Below, in pieces: positions 46,382-55,520 of a stretch of 64,000 nucleotides of DNA. This DNA comes from an uncultured Chryseobacterium sp. (GTDB lineage Bacteria > Bacteroidota > Bacteroidia > Flavobacteriales_F > PHOS-HE28), in assembly GCA_964649165.1 (NCBI GenBank), contig CAZYPC010000001.1, forward strand, positions 31,529-95,528. Reading direction: 5' to 3'. A program made the position numbers and the translations under genes. Each line of letters begins with the position of its first letter. Within the stretch, counting starts at the first letter, position 1. Under the pieces are notes generated by a model. It worked only from the letters and a program-made list of their open reading frames with translations. It made no database searches and had not been told where the DNA came from.

Positions 46382-46735
46382 ACGACATCCTCCAGCCTCC
46401 ACTCACTCGCACCGCTGTTGCCCCGCGCGCTGGAGTGAGTGTCGGCTTGGTGCGCAAGTGCAACGGTAAACGCGGAGAGCGCGTGCCGATGGGGGTGTTG
46501 TGAACGACATCCTCCAGCCTCCACTCACTCGCACCGCTGTTGCCCCGCGCGCTGGAGTGAGTGTCGGCTTGGTGCGCAAGTGCAACGGCAAACGTGGTGA
46601 GCGCGTGCCGACGGGGGTGCTGTGAGCGGCATCCTCCTGTCTTCGGAGGGCTTGGGAACGCTTCCAGATGGAGGTCGTAGCGCCGTCACTGACCCGCCCC
46701 GCTGCCGGCCCGCGCGCTGGAGTGAGTATCGACAT
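46327..46735 (+). repeat. 122-bp tandem repeat x3 (copies 1 and 2 identical, copy 3 diverged and longer)
   Basis: Copies start at 46327, 46449 and 46571. Each unit holds the last 17 codons plus stop of the lipoprotein gene and a downstream hairpin (CACTCACTC ... GAGTGAGTG). Confidence 0.9.
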
Positions 46736-46736
46736 G

Positions 46737-49700
46737 CTAGTCCTTCACGCGCACCACGCGCGTGCTGTAGCGCTCGGTGCCGGTCGCGGCGATGACCATG
46801 AGCGGGCCGGACGAGTTGTTGAACAAGCGCGACGGCAGTTTCAACTCCTGGACCACTGTGAGGATCGGTGGGCAGACAGAACGGCCCAGCGCATCCAGCA
46901 CGGTGAGCCGCCATGTGCCCTTATGCGGTAGCTCCAATCGCAGGTCTCCCGTGAAGGGGTTCGGGTAAGCACCGAGTGATAAAGGCTGGTCGTCGTGCGC
47001 ATCCTGCACCGGCATGGGTATCTGCGCGCAGTTGAGACCGGGCTTCGAAATGAAGCCATCCCACATTTCATCCTCTGCGGTGAAGAGGGAATCGCCCCAG
47101 TAGGAGACGCCGTAGGTGCTCCGTATCTCTCCCAAGAGCATGATCGTGCCCTCGGGATCGCGGAAAATGGGCGTGCGATAGCTCGTGACATTGCCGTACG
47201 CGTTGGGCAGGGTGGTCCAGGGGACATAGACGTGTTGCAATGCACCCTCCCTGTTGTAGACGGTCATGAACAGGTCCCCGCCACTGGCGGCACACCAGAG
47301 CGGTGGTGTGCTGATGGAGCTGATGTAGCCATTGGCTCCCCCTCCGCCGAACTGGCTTACTGCCGTGAGCTGGTCGCCGGTGAGGTCGAGCCCGGTGGTC
47401 CAGCTGTTGCAGTTGAAGAGCGCGCCGTTGCCCCAGGCCAGGTGTCCGCTCGCATCCAGCTTGGCCACGAAGAATCCGCAGTAGCCGGTCATCTCTGCCA
47501 CGCTCCCATCCGAATGATGCAGCTCGCTCACCTGCGTGGTGTAATAGTGGTCGTTGTTGCCGGTGATGAACAGGTCGCCGTTCTCCGCTGTGGCCACGGC
47601 CACCACCTGGCTGCCGAAATCGTTATCGATCGCGTACAGGCACCATTGGAATTGTCCGTCGGCGTCGTAGCGCGCAGCGTACATATGCCCTCCATAATCG
47701 GGTTCCGTGGGTTCTGCGAGGTAGCTGGGGCCATCATTCGCTGAATAGAAGGTGGCACCGTATTCCAGATCGCCACCCAGGCTGATGGTGCCGTCCGCAT
47801 CCACATCCATGTCCCAACATTTCACCGGATTCGAGTAGTCGCTCGCGATGTACGTCTGCCAGATCGGGACTCCGATCGGCGATGTCCGCAGCAGGAACGT
47901 GCCGTGATCCACGGCCTCGGTGTTGAAGAAATACTCGACGCCTTCATACCAGTACCGGCCGATGTTGACGAGGCTGCCCATGACGTACACATTGTCCAGG
48001 CTATCCACGTCGATCACGGAGGTGCTCGCCTGGTAGAAACACGAATGCCATTGGTGCCGACCACGAGCATCAAGGCACATGAGGTAGCCATTGCCATACT
48101 CGAAGTAGGGCAGCGTGTCCCCGGCATTGTCGAGGAAGCGGTTCACGACGTCGGTGCCGGAAATGAGAACGTTGCCGTTGGACTGAGAGCTGATCGCGGC
48201 GATTGTCGAAACCGGCTCACCGAGCGTTTCCACCCACCAACGCAACACGCCGGAGTAAGTGTACTTCGCCATGAAGTCGCTCGACCCCGACGCGAGCAGC
48301 ACGGTTCGGCCCTGCCTGCTCGGCAGCAGGATGTTCTCCACGGATTTTCCGCTCACCAGGAACCCATCCCCGGTATCGTGGCCGTCCGTGATGCAGGCCC
48401 GGCCACTGCCGTTCCAGAGCGGGTCGTTGCCGACCATCATCATGGTCCAGCAGCTGTCCTGCGCGCCTTCCTCGAAAATGAAAGGACCTTCACTGGTCAG
48501 CGTGTCGTAGCAGCCGGCGTCGCTCCAGCAGATGAGCGTGACCTCCGTAGGTCCGGGTGAACCATAGCTGATGCCTTCCGGATCCTGGAGTCCGGAGCCC
48601 GGAGGTTCGGCGGTGGGCCCGAAGTCCCAAACGAAATGCTGCGCATCGTCGCAATGCGCGTAGAAACCCACGCCCTCTCCCACCAAGGCGTTCACGAGAT
48701 CGCTGTGCAGCCGGGCCCGCGTTTCTTCCACACGGATGTGGATGGTATCCGGCAAGGTGCGCGTGCAATTGGCGTAGATGTTCCTGGCCTCGATCACCAG
48801 GTCCGCGGTGCCTTCGATGACAGCGGTGTTCAACTGGAGCGCTCCGCCGTTGCCGGTCGCACTGGCGAGGTCCTCCTCATGGGTGATGTCGCGGCAGGTG
48901 TATGTCACATCGGTCTGCGTGCCCGCGATGGTGATGGTGGTCGTGCCCTGCTTGCACAGGATGCTATCAGATACGGCAACAGCAAGGTCCACCAACGGAG
49001 GGTCCACGATGTGGATCTGCAGATGGGCCGTGTCGCTGTATATGCCATTGCTCACGGTGAACATGAGCTGATGCACGCCGACATCATCGATCACCAAGGA
49101 GAAGTTGCCCGAGCAGGACCCGGCGACGGGCTCGCCATCCAACTGCCAGCTGCAGGAGTTATCGGACCAGCTGGACGTGCCACTGGCCAGGGTGGACTCG
49201 CCCACGCAACCGCCTTGGGACAGGATACCACAGAACGGCATGCTGTTCCCGCCACCATCAGCGGTGTACAACACCCGTCCGTTCTCACCCACGGCGTAGC
49301 CTTCAACAAAGTCGACGTCGAACTGGATGTCATCGATAGCGCCGGTGCCCGCACTGGGTTGCCATTCCAGTATCCCGGGGTTCGAGCCGCCCTTGTACAT
49401 CCCGTGTCCCGTGGCCACCCAGCAGCTGTTAACGCTCATCACGATGTCACGACCGTCCAGCGGATAAGGCTCGAACGAGGTGAGGTCCGTGGGCGATGCG
49501 CTGGAAGAGAACCGGTAAACGGCTCCACCTACGCCATACTGCTGCGTGGACGATCGTGCCCTGATCCCCCGGAAGGTGCGGCCGGGCGAAAGATGTGGGG
49601 TGAGGGTGAGCCCAGAGGTCTGGTCGCTGCAGAACACATACACGCCATCGCCGCCGATGAGGAAGGTGCCACTCAAGGAGTTCAAGCTGAGAAGGGGCAT

Positions 49701-50210
49701 GTCGAGTCCGCTTGCCACCTCGGTGAAGGATGCCAGGTCCGTGCTGCGGAGCACCAGACCATGGTCCCCCACCGCATGGATGCGGCTCTCGGCCGAATTC
49801 ACCGAAATGGCGTTCAGTGCGGACGGTGTGGGCCCCACGTGCAGGAAGGCATACGACTGGTCACTGATGTTCACCTTCAGGATGATCGCCCGCTGGTCCA
49901 CCGTGTCCGTGCCGGCGAAATAGGCGATGTCCTGCTCCGCCTCGCGTGCCGTAACCCCCGAGAAGCTCGTGTGATCGTACTGCGCATCATCCGCTGACGA
50001 ACCGGTGATCTCGAAGCGCGTCCAGGCATCCGTGCCAACCCCTGCGGTGGTGCTGAAGTAGATGCCATGCTCTCCACATACCACCACGTGCGTATCCCAC
50101 CAAAACACGCCCGTCAGATCATCGTCGATGCCCGAGGCGAGGTCCGTCCATTGGGCATGAGCTGGGCGCAGCAGGCCGAGTAATGCAAGTAGAAAGAACG
50201 GGCGCATCAT
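46737..50210 (-). CDS. Large T9SS cargo protein (propeller-like and PKD-like modules)
   Basis: Start reset to MMRPFFLLALLGLLRPAHAQ (ATGs at 50210 and 50207). CTD LSLGAYPNPFTGDLRLELPHKGTWRLTVLDALGRSV...RVVRVKD. ATGA-type overlap with the upstream gene's stop. Confidence 0.75.
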   Translation of the reverse strand: MMRPFFLLALLGLLRPAHAQWTDLASGIDDDLTGVFWWDTHVVVCGEHGIYFSTTAGVGTDAWTRFEITGSSADDAQYDHTSFSGVTAREAEQDIAYFAGTDTVDQRAIILKVNISDQSYAFLHVGPTPSALNAISVNSAESRIHAVGDHGLVLRSTDLASFTEVASGLDMPLLSLNSLSGTFLIGGDGVYVFCSDQTSGLTLTPHLSPGRTFRGIRARSSTQQYGVGGAVYRFSSSASPTDLTSFEPYPLDGRDIVMSVNSCWVATGHGMYKGGSNPGILEWQPSAGTGAIDDIQFDVDFVEGYAVGENGRVLYTADGGGNSMPFCGILSQGGCVGESTLASGTSSWSDNSCSWQLDGEPVAGSCSGNFSLVIDDVGVHQLMFTVSNGIYSDTAHLQIHIVDPPLVDLAVAVSDSILCKQGTTTITIAGTQTDVTYTCRDITHEEDLASATGNGGALQLNTAVIEGTADLVIEARNIYANCTRTLPDTIHIRVEETRARLHSDLVNALVGEGVGFYAHCDDAQHFVWDFGPTAEPPGSGLQDPEGISYGSPGPTEVTLICWSDAGCYDTLTSEGPFIFEEGAQDSCWTMMMVGNDPLWNGSGRACITDGHDTGDGFLVSGKSVENILLPSRQGRTVLLASGSSDFMAKYTYSGVLRWWVETLGEPVSTIAAISSQSNGNVLISGTDVVNRFLDNAGDTLPYFEYGNGYLMCLDARGRHQWHSCFYQASTSVIDVDSLDNVYVMGSLVNIGRYWYEGVEYFFNTEAVDHGTFLLRTSPIGVPIWQTYIASDYSNPVKCWDMDVDADGTISLGGDLEYGATFYSANDGPSYLAEPTEPDYGGHMYAARYDADGQFQWCLYAIDNDFGSQVVAVATAENGDLFITGNNDHYYTTQVSELHHSDGSVAEMTGYCGFFVAKLDASGHLAWGNGALFNCNSWTTGLDLTGDQLTAVSQFGGGGANGYISSISTPPLWCAASGGDLFMTVYNREGALQHVYVPWTTLPNAYGNVTSYRTPIFRDPEGTIMLLGEIRSTYGVSYWGDSLFTAEDEMWDGFISKPGLNCAQIPMPVQDAHDDQPLSLGAYPNPFTGDLRLELPHKGTWRLTVLDALGRSVCPPILTVVQELKLPSRLFNNSSGPLMVIAATGTERYSTRVVRVKD

Positions 50211-52297
50211 GGACGGTCCTGGATGATGAAGCGGAAGGTCCGGGCGGACATGCCCTGACTTGAAATGCTCAAGGTGTAAGGGCCGGGCGAGAGCGCACTG
50301 ATATCCATCGGGAACGCGGCGCGGCTGACCCGATGCAGGCAGGTGCGTCCCAAGGCATCTCTGACGATGACCTCTTCTTCGCCCTCGCGCGGCGTGGCCG
50401 ACAGGAGGAACAAGTGATCGCGCGCGGGCACGGGATACAGGGCCCATCCATCAATGCCTTGTTCCAGCATGCCGACGTAGACACTCATCGTCGCGCTGGT
50501 CCATATGCATCCGAAGCTGTCCGTGTAGGTCACTGCATAGCTGCCATCAGTCGCTGGCACGAAGGCGTTGCTGTCCGCGCCTACGATCGCAGCGCCATCA
50601 AGCGACCATTGATAATCGGTGTAGTCCGGAGAAACGCTCAGCACACCGCCGAGGAACGTCGGCACCTCCAGCGCCGGTATGCTCACCTGGAACGTGATGG
50701 TATCGATGCCGAAGTCGTTCGATACGATCAGCATGACCTGGTAGTCTCCGGTCGACGGAAAGCTGTGTGCGGGGTCCGCGCTGGTGTCCGCTGGACTGCC
50801 GTCATCGAAGTCCCAGAAATAGGTACCGGGTCGCACGCTCAGATCCTCGAACTGCACCGTGAGGTCCTGCGGGCAGTCGTGCGCGAACCAGGCGATGGGC
50901 GGCAGGTCCGCGTGGTTGAACTCATCCGCCCCGATATCCGGATACTCTGCATCACGCAGGTCGCCATCGATGTCGTCGACGGCCAGAGGCATGGGCACGG
51001 CCCCGAACTGGATGAGCGGATGCGCGGCGTGCAGGTCGTTCGCGTTATCCACGAAGTGGGGATCCACGCTCACGGAGGATGCCTCGAGCCCGGTGGCGTT
51101 CCGAAAGGTGTCCAGATCCGTGTACCAATCCCACGTGCTGTGTATCACCGCGAAGCCACCATCGCTGCGGTGGATGTCGTTGTGGTCGCTCGTAAGTCCC
51201 TGCGTATTGTAGTCCGTGTACAATACCACCGACGTATCGCTGTGCAGGATGTTGTTGCGCAGCACGATGGAGTTGACCTCGTTCAGCGCGACCGCACCGA
51301 AGAGCGAATTGTCGAAGACCCATACGTTCTCGGACTCCCGGAGGTAGACGCCCTCGAACGCCGTTGTGTGGAAGGTCCCGTTCTCGTTGGACATGGAGAC
51401 GTTCCGCGTGTATCCGCCGGAGATCATGTTGTTGTAGATCTGGACCGGCAGTGCGCTGTAGCCGATGGCGCGGTACGTTTCGATGCCGTGGTCGTACAGG
51501 CCGTACATCGTGTTGTGGTGCACGTAGGTGCGGTATATCTCCTCCTCCCATCCGTCCAAGTAGACGCCGATGCCGCTGTTCGTGATCCGGTTGTATCCGA
51601 TATCCAACGAATCGCCATAGATGATGCCCTGGATCCGGATCGCGACCTCGCAGGAATCGAAGCTGTTGTTCCAGATGATGTTGGGGCCCACATGGCGGTT
51701 CGACCCGCTACCGCCGAGTTCGATCGACGAGTAGACCATGGCGTTCTCCAGGTCGCGGAACTGGTTGTGGGTGAACGTGTGCGAATCGCCCTTGGCGACG
51801 GAAATGCCGTTGTGGAACCCGTCCGCCGGCAGGCCCTGGACGATGCAATGGTCGAACGTGATGCGATGACTGAAGGTGACCTCCAAACCCTTGTAGAGCC
51901 AACCGCTGCTCCCGCCCACCCGGGGGTAGATGGTCAGGTATTGAAAGGTGAGGTCGCTGCACTCATAGACCCCACTGAGCGTGGTGATCACGTCCTCGGC
52001 CTGTTCCGTTTCCGACTTGATCAGCACCGGATAGTACGGGGTGAGACCGCTGATGTAGACGGCGAGGTCGGTCGAATAGTCTCCGGGGCGGAGCAGGAAG
52101 GTCACTGGCGCGTTGCAACCGATGAGGTCCAGCGAGGTGATCGCCGCATCCAACGTCGGGTAGTCGGGCGCTGTGCCGCCCACCGTGTAACTCCCGTGCA
52201 ACTGCGCTTCGACTTCGGGACAGAAGCCGAGCGCCACCAGCACAAGCAGCAGTGTTGTCCGGGTCGACCGACGGGATGCGTTGGCCGGGATCTCCAT
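50207..52297 (-). CDS. Right-handed parallel beta-helix + PKD T9SS cargo protein
   Basis: Start reset to MEIPANASRRSTRTTLLLVLVALGFCPEVEAQ. Repeated beta-helix turns (NNSF..., NNMISGG..., NNILHSD...). PKD block YFWDFDDGSPADTSADPAHSFPSTGDYQVMLIVSN. CTD GWALYPVPARDHLFLL...GPYTLSISSQGMSARTFRFIIQD. Confidence 0.8.
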   Translation of the reverse strand: MEIPANASRRSTRTTLLLVLVALGFCPEVEAQLHGSYTVGGTAPDYPTLDAAITSLDLIGCNAPVTFLLRPGDYSTDLAVYISGLTPYYPVLIKSETEQAEDVITTLSGVYECSDLTFQYLTIYPRVGGSSGWLYKGLEVTFSHRITFDHCIVQGLPADGFHNGISVAKGDSHTFTHNQFRDLENAMVYSSIELGGSGSNRHVGPNIIWNNSFDSCEVAIRIQGIIYGDSLDIGYNRITNSGIGVYLDGWEEEIYRTYVHHNTMYGLYDHGIETYRAIGYSALPVQIYNNMISGGYTRNVSMSNENGTFHTTAFEGVYLRESENVWVFDNSLFGAVALNEVNSIVLRNNILHSDTSVVLYTDYNTQGLTSDHNDIHRSDGGFAVIHSTWDWYTDLDTFRNATGLEASSVSVDPHFVDNANDLHAAHPLIQFGAVPMPLAVDDIDGDLRDAEYPDIGADEFNHADLPPIAWFAHDCPQDLTVQFEDLSVRPGTYFWDFDDGSPADTSADPAHSFPSTGDYQVMLIVSNDFGIDTITFQVSIPALEVPTFLGGVLSVSPDYTDYQWSLDGAAIVGADSNAFVPATDGSYAVTYTDSFGCIWTSATMSVYVGMLEQGIDGWALYPVPARDHLFLLSATPREGEEEVIVRDALGRTCLHRVSRAAFPMDISALSPGPYTLSISSQGMSARTFRFIIQDRP

Positions 52298-52345
52298 GGT
52301 GGTTCGGGTGGGGCGGTGCGTAAAAGTGCGAAGGTCGCCGTCGGC

Positions 52346-52729
52346 ATGGAAGGTACGCGGGGCGGAATACCCGTTCTGGTGGACGCACCGGGTGAATATT
52401 CCGCGGAGGTCACCAGCATCCACGGCTGCACCGCAACGACCGCACCTTTCACCGTGCTCGCGCTCGATGTCCCCGCCCCGAACACCGCGACTTGTCGCCT
52501 GGTGCCGAACCCGATGAGCGATGAGGTCATGCTGCTCAGCAACGAGGTGCTCACTTCCGCACACCTGGTGGAATGGTGCGATGCATCGGGCCGCGTGGTA
52601 CAACGCCAAGCCGGTGCGGGCAGCACCACCCTGGCCATGCAGGTGGGGCACCTGCTGCCGGGTGTGTACACGCTGCGGACCACAGCGCCAGATGGTGCAC
52701 GCAAGGCCCTGCGCGCTGTGGTGCGCTGA
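52346..52729 (+). pseudogene. CTD-only remnant of a T9SS cargo gene (no signal peptide, N-terminally truncated)
   Basis: This is the tail of the otherwise antisense ORF 50333..52729. It reads ...APGEYSAEVTSIHGCTATTAPFTVLALDV...CRLVPNPMSDEVMLLSNE...LLPGVYTLRTTAPDGARKALRAVVR, i.e. the half-module and CTD seen at the ends of intact cargo genes here. Confidence 0.5.
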
Positions 52730-52739
52730 ACACCGGCGC

Positions 52740-52928
52740 TTACGCGCAGGAGCAGACGAGCGCTCCGCACCCGCAGTCGCACCCCAGGCCGGGGCAGCCA
52801 GGCCCACAGATGCAGGGCAGCGCGCACGCGCAGCTTTGCGCGGTGTCTTCGCAGTTGCACGCCGTGGTGCGGGCGGGCGCGGTGATGTGGCCTATCGCGA
52901 TCACAAGGTTCTTCAGTGCGGTTCTCAT
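52740..52928 (-). CDS. Cys-rich micro-protein (62 aa; 12 Cys in the last 39 residues, mostly CxC)
   Basis: MRTALKNLVIAIGHITAPARTTACNCEDTAQSCACALPCICGPGCPGLGCDCGCGALVCSCA. GC3 is high. An alternative GTG at 52976 would add MTFASSNNNEHEHHDA. Confidence 0.45.
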   Translation of the reverse strand: MRTALKNLVIAIGHITAPARTTACNCEDTAQSCACALPCICGPGCPGLGCDCGCGALVCSCA

Positions 52929-53081
52929 GGCGTCGTGGTGTTCGTGTTCGTTGTTGTTCGACGACGCAAAAGTCACGGCGCGACAAGCCTGGGGCGTTAC
53001 ATCATCGTGGAACAGGTTTACATCGGCTTCCCTGTGGTCGCCAACAGGGGCAGGCCGCGACGCGTTCCGTCGTACCGCGTC

Positions 53082-54503
53082 TCAGTTGGTAACGACCCTC
53101 ACATGGGCCACTCGCGCCCCCACCCGCATGTGGAGCAAATACGTGCCTGCACGCAGGGCACCCAGGTCCAGCCGGGAGATGTTGCGTACCCTGATCACGG
53201 TACGTCCGTCCAGGTCGCACACCCACGCTTCCTCCACCATCCGGTCCAGCAGCAGCGGCCCCGCCGTGGGGTTGGGGAACGCGCGTACCACAAGCTCCGT
53301 GTGCTCGTCCATCGCGGTGGAAACGCCACAACTTACCGGCATGGGCACGTTGTGGTCCTCCATATCGCCGACGCCCAGGGCACCTTCCCAGTTGCGGCCC
53401 CAGGCCCAGAGGCTGCCGTCCGTGCGGATGCTCGCGCTGCTGTTGCTACCCAGGCTGATGGACGCGCTGCCCACGCCGTTGGGAAGGGAAAGCGGGCTGG
53501 CGAAGAAGAAGGTGTTGTTGCCCACACCCAGCTCACCGTCGTAGTTGAAGCCCCAGCCCAACAAGCTACCGTCCATCCGCTGCGCGATGGTGTGCGCATC
53601 GCCGCAGGCCACCGCCTGCCATACGGTGGCGATGCCGATCTGCTCGGGCACGGGGTGATAACTGCTGTTGTCGCCCACGCCCAACTGGCCATAGTCGTTG
53701 CGGCCCCAGCCCCACAGGGTGTTGGTCCCCTTCAGCGCGAAAGAGTAGTTCGTGCCGGTTGCGATGGCACGCCAGTCGGTGTCCGTGCCCACGTGCGTGG
53801 GCTCCACCTTCATCTGGTTGTCGTTGAAGAAGCCGAGCTGGTAGTAGTTGTTCCGGCCCCAGCTCCACAAGCTGCTGTCCATCTTCAGGGCCAGGCAATG
53901 GTCCGCATAGGTGGCCACGCGCCACCACGTGGTGTCCGTACCCACCTGCGTCGGCTCGAGCACATCCTCCTGGTCGCCCAGCCCAAGCTGCCCGGAGCCA
54001 TTGTACCCCCACGACCACAGCGTGCCATCCGCGCGCAGGGCCACGGTGTGCAACGAGCCGCATTGTACCGCTGTCCATGTAGCGCCGGTCCCTACCTGGG
54101 TGGGCAGGTGGCGATCGCTCACGGTGCCATCCCCCAGCTGCCCGTGGCTGTTGCTTCCCCAGGTCCACAGCGTCCCATCCGCCTTGATCGCGGCGCTGTG
54201 CAGGCCGCCCAGTTGGAGCGTATTGTCGAAAGTGCCGCTCACCGCCACCACCGCCCAATCGTTGGCGCTGCCCACCTGGTGCGGCTCGCTCACCGGCGTC
54301 GTGCCTCCACTGCCCAACTGCCCCGCGTCGTTCCAACCCCAGGTGTACAAGGTACCCCCGGTCTGGATGCCCGCGGAATGGCGGAAACCATAGGCCACCT
54401 GCTGCCAGCATTGGCCCATGACCAGGCTCTTCACCACGAATAACAAAACGAGCGCAGGCAGACGCAGGGATAGCGGCGCATAACGCGGAAGGATCGACAG
54501 CAT
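53082..54503 (-). CDS. RCC1-repeat (7-blade propeller) T9SS cargo protein
   Basis: Seven repeats of the type [15 protein letters not shown] / [15 protein letters not shown] / [15 protein letters not shown] and so on. [19 protein letters not shown]...[21 protein letters not shown]. Confidence 0.85.
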   Translation of the reverse strand: MLSILPRYAPLSLRLPALVLLFVVKSLVMGQCWQQVAYGFRHSAGIQTGGTLYTWGWNDAGQLGSGGTTPVSEPHQVGSANDWAVVAVSGTFDNTLQLGGLHSAAIKADGTLWTWGSNSHGQLGDGTVSDRHLPTQVGTGATWTAVQCGSLHTVALRADGTLWSWGYNGSGQLGLGDQEDVLEPTQVGTDTTWWRVATYADHCLALKMDSSLWSWGRNNYYQLGFFNDNQMKVEPTHVGTDTDWRAIATGTNYSFALKGTNTLWGWGRNDYGQLGVGDNSSYHPVPEQIGIATVWQAVACGDAHTIAQRMDGSLLGWGFNYDGELGVGNNTFFFASPLSLPNGVGSASISLGSNSSASIRTDGSLWAWGRNWEGALGVGDMEDHNVPMPVSCGVSTAMDEHTELVVRAFPNPTAGPLLLDRMVEEAWVCDLDGRTVIRVRNISRLDLGALRAGTYLLHMRVGARVAHVRVVTN

Positions 54504-54611
54504 GGTCCAGAAAAGGTTGGGGCTGAAGGTACCGGGTGTTGGAGCCCTTCCGGCAGGTGGAGTCCTTCGCGCATGCGCCAACCACGCGAGCGCGGGCTGA
54601 GGCCGCCCACT

Positions 54612-55052
54612 TCAGTCGATCAGCAACAGCGCCCCCGGCAGTTCCTTCTTCACGCGGCTCTTCAACTCCTTCTTGTACGCCTCGGAGAAGGCGTTGTCCC
54701 CCAGGATCAACTCCTTCAGATGGGTCAGTTGGAAGACTTCCTCCGGAATGCGTTCCAGTTGGTTGCCGGCCAGACTCAGGCTTTTCAAGGTCGTGAGGCT
54801 GCCGATCTCCTTGGGCACCGTGGTGAGCCCGTGATCGGTCAGGTACAATTCTTCCAAGTGCGTGTATTGCGCCAGGTCCGTGGGGATGGTGGTCAATGTT
54901 TCGCCGGTCACCAACGGGTTGATCCGGATGGTGCGCACACCCGCCGGTGCCTTGGCCGCCTCGGCGAAGGAGGTACACTTGGTGCATTGCGCGACCAGGG
55001 CCAGGGGCGCAGCGAGCAGGAGGATGAGCAGGGCGTTCTTCGGGGTGCGCAT
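54612..55052 (-). CDS. Small secreted leucine-rich-repeat protein
   Basis: Signal peptide MRTPKNALLILLLAAPLALVAQ. LRR units LTTIPTDLAQYTHLEELYLTDHGLTTVPKEIGSLTTLKSLSLAGNQLERIPEEVFQLTHLKELILGDN. Confidence 0.75.
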   Translation of the reverse strand: MRTPKNALLILLLAAPLALVAQCTKCTSFAEAAKAPAGVRTIRINPLVTGETLTTIPTDLAQYTHLEELYLTDHGLTTVPKEIGSLTTLKSLSLAGNQLERIPEEVFQLTHLKELILGDNAFSEAYKKELKSRVKKELPGALLLID

Positions 55053-55520
55053 TGGCGAAAGATAGCGGGGGCGGCCAGTGGCCGCAGTGGCGCAAACCGT
55101 TGTGCGATGGGGATGCGCAGGTAGCGCGGAAGCCTAGCGGGCGTGGACGTACCGCATGAGCGGTACGCGGTTGGGTTGAGGGGCGGCGCTCAGGTGGATG
55201 ACCACACCCCACACCGAACAGGGATCGATCGCGCACGAGCGCCGTCGCGCGCGAAGCGGATGCCGGAAACCGCTGAGCACGGGATCCACAACGACGGGTG
55301 GGTTACCCGCGCTGCTGGTCCACCAGGGTCACGAACACGTGCTCGCCCCGGTCCTACAGCGCGACGGGTTCGCCGATGGAGCACTTGCCCGAACGCCCGG
55401 CTTTCTCCTGCAAGGCGGCCGGTCAGTGGCTGCGTCACGCGTGCAGGATGTTGCGACGCAGCCGCTGCGGCTTCTGCGCCCATACGGCATCGCGCACCGC
55501 GGAAATGGGCGAAGCCCCGT

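Noticed and set aside
46327-46735. Diversity-generating retroelement (template/variable repeat) explanation for the triplicated gene 3' end
   Set aside because: There is no reverse transcriptase in the window. Differences between copies are not adenine-specific (t>c, c>t, a>t and a>g are all present) and are mostly synonymous.
50333-52345. Bulk of the 798-aa plus-strand ORF 50333..52729
   Set aside because: It is antisense to the beta-helix/PKD cargo gene. Only its last 127 codons (52346..52729) look like real coding sequence (a CTD remnant), and those are reported separately.
55053-55520. Several overlapping ORFs (55143..55613 +, 55190..55483 -, 55198..55527 +, 55298..55666 +) in a 470-bp gap
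   Set aside because: All are Arg/Ala/Pro-rich with no motif or signal peptide. I cannot support any of them. The region may be a decayed gene or simply a GC-rich spacer.
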